DNA of 32,000 nucleotides from an uncultured Clostridia bacterium (GTDB taxonomy: Bacteria > Bacillota > Clostridia > Christensenellales > Borkfalkiaceae): contig CALVZM010000046.1 in assembly GCA_944372515.1 (NCBI GenBank), positions 18,453-50,452 on the forward strand, written 5' to 3'. Positions 26,234-32,000 of the stretch are shown piece by piece; position 1 is the first letter of the stretch, and each line of letters opens with the position of its first letter. The notes under the pieces are model-generated. The model made no database searches, had not been told where the DNA came from, and saw only the letters and a program-made list of their open reading frames with translations. Both the position numbers and the translations under genes were made by a program.

Positions 26234-26722
26234 TCATGTCTGTTTCCGCACGCCGAGGATGTGCAGTCCGCGCGCCCGTTCAAAGCGATAGGACGCAAGC
26301 GGACGGTCATAGGCGTCATAGGAATGCGCCGCGACGAAGATCTGTCCCCGCACGATGTCCGTAACCACGGGGGAATGATAAAAATCTCCCGTTCCTCTGC
26401 CGAGTTGCACGATGTCCCCGATTCTGAGCGCGTGCAGGGGGCGTTCTTCGGCAAACGGTCCCGCGCCTTCGTTGCCGACGAGGAAGTTATAGAGGTACTC
26501 CACGCCCGTCCAGGCGGGCGCGCGGTCGTTTACGGAGCGGTAGTACCAGCCGAAAGTCGGCGTAAAGTTCATGACTTTTGCCCCCGCGTAGATGCACTGT
26601 GAGGCAAAGTTGGTGCAATCCCCGCCGATGTTTTCAAAGTCGTAATAGCGCGGGTTGCGGCGGAACGCCCATTTGCGTGCGTATGCCGCCGCGGCGTCGC
26701 GGTCATAGGGAAAAGTCTGCAT
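26234..26722 (-). CDS. putative amidase-domain protein (Amidase_6 / papain-like Cys fold), no signal peptide
   Basis: AAAYARKWAFRRNPRYYDFENIGGDCTNFASQCIYAG matches the family hallmark DCTNF-SQC that I recall. No SD; a TATACT hexamer (complement 26728-26733) lies 5 nt before the ATG. Confidence 0.7.
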   Translation of the reverse strand: MQTFPYDRDAAAAYARKWAFRRNPRYYDFENIGGDCTNFASQCIYAGAKVMNFTPTFGWYYRSVNDRAPAWTGVEYLYNFLVGNEGAGPFAEERPLHALRIGDIVQLGRGTGDFYHSPVVTDIVRGQIFVAAHSYDAYDRPLASYRFERARGLHILGVRKQT

Positions 26723-26796
26723 AATGCAGTATATGCCCCCCGCGTGCGGGAGTGTGCCTTAGAGTTTCCGTCCGCCGCGGTAAACGGGGGAAGCGT

Positions 26797-26842
26797 GCAA
26801 AAAAGAGGATAAAAAGGCGGGCGGAAAAGATTTTCCGCCCGC
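26797..26842 (-). terminator. rho-independent terminator of the HTH/Zn-ribbon gene
   Basis: GCGGGCGG (26817-26824) pairs with CCGCCCGC (26835-26842). On the minus strand it is followed by CTTTTTATCCTCTTTTTT. Confidence 0.7.
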
Positions 26843-26917
26843 GCGCCGGTGCGAAATTTATTTTTGATCAGGATCGGCGTTATTTCGGGCATGGTATGCC
26901 CCAAATCAACGATCGCT

Positions 26918-27412
26918 TTATTTTTCGGGCGTGAACGTGCCGCCGCAATAGGGGCATTCGGCGTTTCTGCCCTGATAGGTGAATTTTGCGCCGCAATAGG
27001 GGCATTCGGCGGCGCGCGTTCTGCCGCCCGGTTTGGTCCCCTCGCCCGTGGTGATCTCGTCCCCTTCGCGGATATATCCTTCCAGATATCCCTTGCGGAA
27101 ACAGTTGGTCAGCGTGTTGCGCACCTGGTTTTCGTTCAAAGACAGTTGGGAGGCGATCTCCCGCACGCTGTAAAGGTGTTCCTTTTCCACCGCCACGACG
27201 ATGCGGTACAGGCTTCTCTCCTCGCCGTAATAGACCCACAGCAGGGGCGTGGCGAAAAACCCGCCGCCCGTAAAAATGATGCCGAGGACCATGACGGGAT
27301 AGACCTCGTTGGCGGCGCCGAGGGGGATCATGGGGATCCCGCCGGCGAACAGGACGGAAACGAGGACGCAGACAAAGAGCAACGTTTTCAATTTTTTCGT
27401 GATTTTATCCAT
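26918..27412 (-). CDS. membrane-tethered protein: 2 TM + HTH-like segment + C-terminal zinc ribbon (164 aa)
   Basis: Two hydrophobic helices (LLFVCVLVSVLFAGGIPMIPL; PVMVLGIIFTGGGFFATPLLWVYY), then SVREIASQLSLNENQVRNTLTNCFRKGYL, then AECPYCG-x9-AECPYCG. ATG at 27412; the TTG at 27460 in the ORF track is unlikely. Confidence 0.7.
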   Translation of the reverse strand: MDKITKKLKTLLFVCVLVSVLFAGGIPMIPLGAANEVYPVMVLGIIFTGGGFFATPLLWVYYGEERSLYRIVVAVEKEHLYSVREIASQLSLNENQVRNTLTNCFRKGYLEGYIREGDEITTGEGTKPGGRTRAAECPYCGAKFTYQGRNAECPYCGGTFTPEK

Positions 27413-27418
27413 GACTTT

Positions 27419-27447
27419 ATAATAATATGTTTTTGACCGATTGTCAA
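27419..27447 (-). promoter_or_regulatory. promoter TTGACA-17-TATTAT ending 6 nt before the ATG at 27412
   Basis: The minus strand reads TTGACA (27447-27442), a 17-nt spacer, TATTAT (27424-27419), AAAGTC, then ATG. Confidence 0.6.
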
Positions 27448-27478
27448 GAGCCAAAGACAAAAAAATTTGCGTCGGCTA

Positions 27479-27507
27479 TTGACAGATTTATCAAAAAATA
27501 TTATAAT
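27479..27507 (+). promoter_or_regulatory. consensus promoter TTGACA-17-TATAAT for the SPFH operon
   Basis: TTGACA 27479-27484, TATAAT 27502-27507. Divergent from the promoter at 27419-27447. Confidence 0.65.
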
Positions 27508-27545
27508 GGATGTGAAATCACGGCGGCTGCCGCCGCGGAGCGATC

Positions 27546-27583
27546 TCCGCAAGGGCGTCCCCCGTTGCGGATCTTAATTTTTT
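27546..27583 (+). promoter_or_regulatory. terminator-like hairpin plus T run inside the 5' leader of the SPFH gene
   Basis: TCCGCAAGGG (27546-27555) pairs with CCC-g-TTGCGGA (27561-27571), giving 10 bp with one bulge. Followed by TCTTAATTTTTTATTA, then a GAGGAGGGG SD and the ATG at 27608. Confidence 0.5.
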
Positions 27584-27607
27584 ATTACCCTGAGGAGGGG
27601 ACATCGT

Positions 27608-28717
27608 ATGGGCTTGTTTTTGAAAGTCATCGAATGGGCGGATAACTCCCATAACACCATCGTCTATAAGGTGGACACCAAAAAGAACGTCATCGAAAAG
27701 GGCTCGGCGCTCAGCGTGCGCGAGGGGCAGGTCGCCGTCTTTTGCGACAAGGGGCGCATGGCGGACGTCTTCACGCCGGGATATTATAAACTCGACACCG
27801 ACTCTCTGCCCGTGCTGACCACGCTTCTGTCCTGGAAATACGGGTTTGAGACCCCGTTCAAATCGGAGGTGTATTTTGTCAATACCACCCGTTTTGCCAC
27901 GCAGCGCTGGGGCACTGCCAATCCCATCATGCTCCGCGATCCCGACTTCGGACCCGTGCGCGTGCGCGGATACGGAACGTATTCTTTCCGCGTCAAGGAC
28001 GCCTATGTCTTCATGACCGAACTTTCCGGCGCGCATTCGACCTACCGCACCGAGGACATCACCAACCACATCCGCAGCATGCTGGTCATGGCGATCTCCG
28101 ATGCGATGGGCGAGAGCGGCATTTCCGTCGTGGATATGGCGGCGAATCTCATGGAGTTGAGCGCCACGGTCAAAAAGAGCCTGGAAAAGCGCTTTGCCGA
28201 TTTGGGGCTGGAACTTTGCGATTTTAACTTTGAAAACATCTCTCTGCCCGCGGAACTTGAAAAAGCGCTGGACGAGACGGCGCGCCTGGGGATGATGCGC
28301 CGCAACGTGGACGTCTACACGCAGATCGCGCAGGCAGACGCCATGAAAGAGGCGGCGAAAAATCCCGGCATGGCGGGCAGCGCCATGGGCGCGGGCATGG
28401 GGCTCGGCATGGGCATGCACATGATGAACGCCATGAGCGGGAACATGAAATCATCTGCGGCGGCGGTAAAGGCGGGCGGTAAGGTCTGCCCCAAGTGCGT
28501 CGCGCAGGTTTCGGAACATGCAAAATTCTGCGCCAAGTGCGGCGCGCGTATCGAAGAAGTGGGGGCGACCTGCGCCAAGTGCGGCGCCAAACTGTCCCCC
28601 GGGGCAAAGTTCTGTCCCGAGTGCGGTGCGCCCGTGGGGGGCAAGTGCCCCAAGTGCGGCGCCAAACTCTCCCCGGGGGCGAAATTCTGCCCCGAATGCG
28701 GAGAAAAGGTCAAATAA
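27608..28717 (+). CDS. SPFH (stomatin/prohibitin/flotillin) domain protein with three C-terminal zinc ribbons, YdjI/COG4260-like
   Basis: The N-terminus MGLFLKVIEWADNS...IVYKV and the body match my memory of COG4260 (virion-core-protein-like SPFH). A Gly/Met-rich linker is followed by CPKC..CAKCG, CAKCG..CPECG and CPKCG..CPECG. Confidence 0.8.
   Translation: MGLFLKVIEWADNSHNTIVYKVDTKKNVIEKGSALSVREGQVAVFCDKGRMADVFTPGYYKLDTDSLPVLTTLLSWKYGFETPFKSEVYFVNTTRFATQRWGTANPIMLRDPDFGPVRVRGYGTYSFRVKDAYVFMTELSGAHSTYRTEDITNHIRSMLVMAISDAMGESGISVVDMAANLMELSATVKKSLEKRFADLGLELCDFNFENISLPAELEKALDETARLGMMRRNVDVYTQIAQADAMKEAAKNPGMAGSAMGAGMGLGMGMHMMNAMSGNMKSSAAAVKAGGKVCPKCVAQVSEHAKFCAKCGARIEEVGATCAKCGAKLSPGAKFCPECGAPVGGKCPKCGAKLSPGAKFCPECGEKVK
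28571..28701 (+). repeat. 75-nt period in-frame tandem duplication encoding the zinc-ribbon module C(A/P)KCGAKLSPGAKFCPECG
   Basis: Copies at 28571-28626 and 28646-28701 are near-identical at the nucleotide level and encode identical peptides apart from one residue. Confidence 0.85.
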
Positions 28718-28770
28718 GGCAGGACGAGCGCGTGCGGTAAGGTCTGCCGCAAAGGATGAGGTGAAGACGC

Positions 28771-29970
28771 ATGGAAGAGAGAAAGGACCGCGGCGGTGCG
28801 CCGTTGTCGGCGGAAGAGGGATTCGGCATGCCCGTTTCGGAAGGAGAGGCGGAAACGGCGGCTTCGGCTGCCGGGGCGCAGACGGTGTCATCGGGTACAT
28901 ATTCCGGGTTCGGAGAGGACCGCACGGCGGTGGAAACGCAGAAATGCCCGGCGTGCGGGGACAATTTGCGCTTCGATCCCGCGTCGGGAAAACTCAAATG
29001 CCCTTCCTGCGGCACCGAACAGGATATTTTCGTGCGGCAGGGCACGGAGTTGGGGATAGAGCATTTGCAGCACGTCGGCGGCAGTTGGGCAAACGAAACG
29101 CACGTCTATCACTGCAACAACTGCAACGCCGAGGACGTCATGGACCGCCGCGAGATCGCGCACGTCTGCCCCTTCTGCGGTTCGCCCAACGTGGTGGAAA
29201 AGGAGGAGTTTGCGGCGATGCGACCCAACGCGCTGCTTCCTTTCCGCGTGGAAAAGGAGCGCGCGGCGGAACTTGCGCGGGGCTGGGCGAAAAAGCGCCT
29301 CTTCGCGCCCAACGATTTCAAAAAATATTTTGAACCGGAAAAAATGAAGGGGGTATATCTGCCCGCCTTCACCTTCGACACTCAGACGTTTTCCTCTTAC
29401 AGCGGCACGCTGGGCAAACATTATTATGTTACCCGCCGCGTCAACGGCAAGACGGTGCAGGAACAGCGCACCCGATATTTCCCCATCGGCGGGACATACG
29501 ATTACTTTTTTGACGATCTGGCGGTCAATGCGACGGACGCCGTGCCCGATTCTTATATGAACACGCTGCTCGCCTATGACTATTCCAACAGCGTGGAGTA
29601 TAACGACGAGTTTTTATACGGCTTCTCCGCCCTGCTCTACACGCGGGACGGCAAGATGTGCTGGGAGGACGCCAAGGACATGGCGCGCAGCATGCTCCGC
29701 TCGCAGATTTTGGGGCAATATCAATACGATGTGGTGTCGAGTTTTGACATGAGCACCGATTTTTCGCAGGTCAAATACCGCTATCTGCTGCTGCCCATGT
29801 ATATCGGCAGTTGCCGTTACCGCGAAAAGTCCTATGCTTTCTACGTCAACGGCAGAAACGGCAAGACCAAGGGCAAAGCGCCCGTTTCGCCCTTCAAGGT
29901 GGCGCTGGCGGTGCTCTTCGGGGCGGCGCTCATCGCGCTCGTCTGCACGCTGGTGTATTTCTTCACCTGA
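28771..29970 (+). CDS. double zinc-ribbon membrane-anchored protein (YdjG-like architecture)
   Basis: GAGGTGA SD 6 nt before the ATG. Acidic N-tail, CPACG-x12-CPSCG and CNNC-x15-CPFCG ribbons, a ~230-aa aromatic-rich domain, and a C-terminal TM (VALAVLFGAALIALVCTLVYFF). Confidence 0.7.
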   Translation: MEERKDRGGAPLSAEEGFGMPVSEGEAETAASAAGAQTVSSGTYSGFGEDRTAVETQKCPACGDNLRFDPASGKLKCPSCGTEQDIFVRQGTELGIEHLQHVGGSWANETHVYHCNNCNAEDVMDRREIAHVCPFCGSPNVVEKEEFAAMRPNALLPFRVEKERAAELARGWAKKRLFAPNDFKKYFEPEKMKGVYLPAFTFDTQTFSSYSGTLGKHYYVTRRVNGKTVQEQRTRYFPIGGTYDYFFDDLAVNATDAVPDSYMNTLLAYDYSNSVEYNDEFLYGFSALLYTRDGKMCWEDAKDMARSMLRSQILGQYQYDVVSSFDMSTDFSQVKYRYLLLPMYIGSCRYREKSYAFYVNGRNGKTKGKAPVSPFKVALAVLFGAALIALVCTLVYFFT

Positions 29971-29986
29971 AAAAAACGAGCCGCCC

Positions 29987-30004
29987 GCGGTTGTCCGCTT
30001 TTTT
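29987..30004 (+). terminator. weak hairpin GCGG-TTGT-CCGC plus T6 between cluster genes C and D
   Basis: A 4-bp stem followed by TTTTTT. May only be partial or leaky. Confidence 0.3.
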
Positions 30005-30067
30005 GCGGCGGGGGGATCGGAATGTTTTTATAGGCAACGGAATCAAAGATAAAAGGGGGATATTTTT

Positions 30068-30502
30068 ATGGAAACGGCAATCGTCATTTTGAGCGCGGTC
30101 TGTGTCATGCTGTTCGTTCTGTGCATCGTATTTCTGGTGATGGCGGTGCGTTACGGCAAGCAACTGAAAGAACTGCTGCCCGACGAGGACTCTCTGGCGG
30201 CGGAAGTGGAAGTCAAGGACGGCGTGCGCTACACGAAGGAAGCGGCGACCGTAGACGCGGCGGGCGTGAACGTAACCCATCGGGAAGGGGATGTCTTTCT
30301 CAAACGGGACAAAACCTACCGCGCCGAAAAAGACGGCAGTCTGCTCCCCGGTGCGTATACCGTTCTCGTGGCGCAGGGGAATGCGGGGAGCGTCAAGATC
30401 CGCGTGGGCGACCGCGTGCGCGAGTTCATGCACGGCGACCGCATCGTGCTCGGCGACGGGGAAGAGATCGCGGCTGTATCCGCCGACGCCATCCTGCGTT
30501 GA
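30068..30502 (+). CDS. hypothetical single-pass membrane protein (N-terminal TM + ~110-aa soluble domain)
   Basis: AAGGGGGA SD 7 nt before the ATG. TM segment IVILSAVCVMLFVLCIVFLVMAV. I do not recognise a family. Confidence 0.6.
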   Translation: METAIVILSAVCVMLFVLCIVFLVMAVRYGKQLKELLPDEDSLAAEVEVKDGVRYTKEAATVDAAGVNVTHREGDVFLKRDKTYRAEKDGSLLPGAYTVLVAQGNAGSVKIRVGDRVREFMHGDRIVLGDGEEIAAVSADAILR

Positions 30503-30580
30503 GAAAAAGACGGCGGTATTCAAGCGTGGCATGCCCGCGAAAAGCGGGGTATAGAATCATAAGGAGAAGATAAAACGGAT

Positions 30581-31036
30581 ATGAGTAAAAAATTTTTTGT
30601 AAAACTGTTGATCGGGCTGGCATGGCTGGCGGCGGCGGTGCTTTGGTTGCTGTCCGTCGTTCTGCCCGACACCTTCGGATTTTTCAATCTGAATTGGGCG
30701 ATCGCAGTCATCGCGGGCACGAGCGGTCTGGCGCTGCTTCTGGGCGGGCTGTTCACGGGCAAGACGGGCATACTTAAAAAGTTGAACATCTTTCTCGGCG
30801 CGGCGCTCATCGTCATTGCGGGCGTCAGCGTGGCGTTTGCCCTGGCGCTGCCCGAAAGTTATGTCTGGCCGGTCATCGCCGTCGTTCTGACGGCGGCGGG
30901 GCTCCTGTCCCTGTTCGCCACGGGCGGAAAGAAATGGGACGAGGGGGACAACGAGCGCATGGGCTATAAGGACTACCGCACGCGCAAAGCCGAAGAGGAA
31001 GCGCGGCGCGCGGAAGAAGAAAAGGACGAGGAGTGA
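30581..31036 (+). CDS. hypothetical four-TM membrane protein with a charged C-terminal tail
   Basis: AAGGAGAAG SD. Four hydrophobic segments, then the tail KDYRTRKAEEEARRAEEEKDEE. I do not recognise a family. Confidence 0.65.
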   Translation: MSKKFFVKLLIGLAWLAAAVLWLLSVVLPDTFGFFNLNWAIAVIAGTSGLALLLGGLFTGKTGILKKLNIFLGAALIVIAGVSVAFALALPESYVWPVIAVVLTAAGLLSLFATGGKKWDEGDNERMGYKDYRTRKAEEEARRAEEEKDEE

Positions 31037-31063
31037 GCGCGGGACATTGCGTCTTTGCGCCAC

Positions 31064-31094
31064 AAAAAAACGGCAGACACACTGCCGTTTTTTT
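31064..31094. terminator. bidirectional rho-independent terminator between the SPFH cluster and glyQS
   Basis: A7 run, ACGGCAG (31070-31076), loop ACACA, CTGCCGT (31082-31088), T7 run. Confidence 0.8.
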
Positions 31095-31225
31095 CATGCT
31101 CTTCAATTTTGTATATCGGGTATGCCGCGGCGGGCATGCCCGTATCGTAAGGGACATGCGCCGCAATTTTTTCTGCGGTTTTTCCAAGGAGAGAAAGCGG
31201 GTTTTCCCTTTGCGCGCAAGGGGAC

Positions 31226-32000
31226 TTAAAACTCCGTCTTTTCCGCCACATAGCGGACGGCGTCCTCGACGGACAGACGGATCTGTTCCATGCTGTCGCG
31301 GTCGCGGACGGTTACCGTATTGTCTTCCAGGGTCTGGAAATCCACGGTCAGGCAGTACGGCGTGCCGATCTCGTCCTGGCGGCGGTAGCGCTTGCCGATG
31401 GAACCCGTAACGTCATAGGTCGCGGCAAATTTTTTGCAGGCGGCGGCAAACACTTCGTCCGCCTTTTCGGAGAGGTTTTTCTGCAAGGGCAGTACGGCGC
31501 ACTTATAGGGCGCCAGAGCGGGGTGCAGGTGCAGCACGGTGCGCACGTCCTTCTTTTCTTCGTCCACGACTTCTTCGTCATAGGCGTCGGTGAGGAAGGC
31601 GAGCACGACGCGGTCGGCGCCGAGGGAGGGCTCGATGACGTAGGGGATATACCGTTCTCCCGTCGCGGGGTCGAGATATTCCATGCTCTTGCCGCTCTCT
31701 TCCTGGTGCTGTTTCAGGTCGTAATCCGTTCTGTCGGCGATCCCCCACAGTTCCCCCCAGCCGAAGGCAAAATTGTATTCAAAATCGGTCGTCGCCTTGG
31801 AATAGAAGCAGAGTTCTTCGGGGGAGTGGTCGCGCAGTTTGAGGTTTTCTTCCTTCATGCCGAGGGAGAGCAGCCATTCCTTGCAGAAATTTTTCCAATA
31901 GGCGAACCATTCGAGGTCGGTGCCGGGCTTGCAGAAAAATTCAAGTTCCATCTGTTCAAATTCACGGGTGCGGAAGGTGAAGTTCCCGGGCGTGATCTCG
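31226..32000 (-). CDS. glyQS: glycine--tRNA ligase (alpha2 GlyQS type), C-terminal part; the 5' end lies beyond the window
   Basis: [26 protein letters not shown] (class II motif region), [13 protein letters not shown] and a C-terminal anticodon-binding domain. The frame stays open through 31999, so the Met at 31951 is internal. Confidence 0.9.
   Translation of the reverse strand, partial: EITPGNFTFRTREFEQMELEFFCKPGTDLEWFAYWKNFCKEWLLSLGMKEENLKLRDHSPEELCFYSKATTDFEYNFAFGWGELWGIADRTDYDLKQHQEESGKSMEYLDPATGERYIPYVIEPSLGADRVVLAFLTDAYDEEVVDEEKKDVRTVLHLHPALAPYKCAVLPLQKNLSEKADEVFAAACKKFAATYDVTGSIGKRYRRQDEIGTPYCLTVDFQTLEDNTVTVRDRDSMEQIRLSVEDAVRYVAEKTEF

Noticed and set aside
26849-27436. A + strand ORF of 195 aa opposite the HTH/Zn-ribbon gene, and the + strand ORF 26213..26602 opposite the amidase gene.
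   Set aside because: The minus-strand products have TM helices, a CPYCG ribbon or the DCTNF-SQC amidase motif, plus their own promoter and terminator signals. The + strand products have none of these.
28518-29333. A 271-aa + strand ORF bridging the SPFH gene and the double-ribbon gene in another frame, plus minus-strand ORFs 28224..28900.
   Set aside because: These Arg/Gly/Pro-rich artefacts are created by the GC-rich zinc-ribbon repeats. They overlap two better-supported genes that have SD sequences.
26918-31036. An anti-phage defence or toxin-antitoxin interpretation of the SPFH/zinc-ribbon cluster.
   Set aside because: No nuclease, ATPase/helicase, TIR, sirtuin, protease or other effector-like domain is recognisable. 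The flanks are housekeeping genes (glyA, glyQS), with no mobile-element or tRNA boundary and no obvious compositional shift. A membrane-organisation or stress role is the more economical reading.
23120-31145. Recurrent GGCATGCC-type palindromes (e.g. 23124-23131, 30529-30536, 31134-31143) as a possible dispersed motif or restriction-modification target.
   Set aside because: GCATGC-centred palindromes are short and compositionally favoured in a GC-rich genome. I cannot show enrichment without a genome-wide count against a background model.
1-32000. A window-wide search for tRNA/rRNA genes, integrases, transposases, inverted terminal repeats and prophage or island boundaries.
   Set aside because: None were found by eye. 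Composition looks uniform, and gene content is core metabolism and information processing.

Overview
GC-rich (about 60% by eye, not computed) chromosomal segment that looks Firmicutes/Clostridia-like. It is densely packed with housekeeping genes, mostly on the + strand. I found no rRNA, tRNA, CRISPR array, integrase, transposase or prophage gene, so this reads as core genome rather than an accessory island. Gene order: SDR oxidoreductase, YqeY-like and DUF4250-like genes (minus strand); ROK glucokinase; alpha/beta hydrolase; fabK-fabZ-degV; a heterodimeric ABC exporter pair; NUDIX-rnhB-yraN; rplS; a large GT-C/PMT-like membrane glycosyltransferase; comM-dprA-topA-trmFO-hslV-hslU (Bacillus-like synteny); hisS-trxA-glyA; a cytoplasmic amidase-domain gene (minus); a five-gene cluster of membrane and zinc-ribbon proteins built around an SPFH (YdjI-like) protein; and the 3' part of glyQS (minus, runs off the window). 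Several near-consensus TTGACA-17-TATAAT promoters and clear rho-independent terminators are readable. Most worth a second look: (1) the SPFH/zinc-ribbon membrane cluster at 26.9-31.0 kb, which has a divergent membrane-tethered HTH protein and no pspA; (2) a 500-bp ORF-free spacer between hslU and hisS, holding a tandem 119-bp repeat that folds into four perfect stems, followed by about 8 more unrelated hairpins and no T-box; (3) two leaders (fabK, SPFH gene) with terminator-like hairpins between a consensus promoter and the start codon; (4) apparently leaderless mRNAs (ABC exporter, HTH/Zn-ribbon gene, possibly the amidase); (5) a PMT-like glycosyltransferase with a large insertion in its first loop. 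The many long antisense ORFs, including a 1229-aa one, are treated as GC-bias artefacts. All family assignments come from motif recognition by eye; no database search was run.
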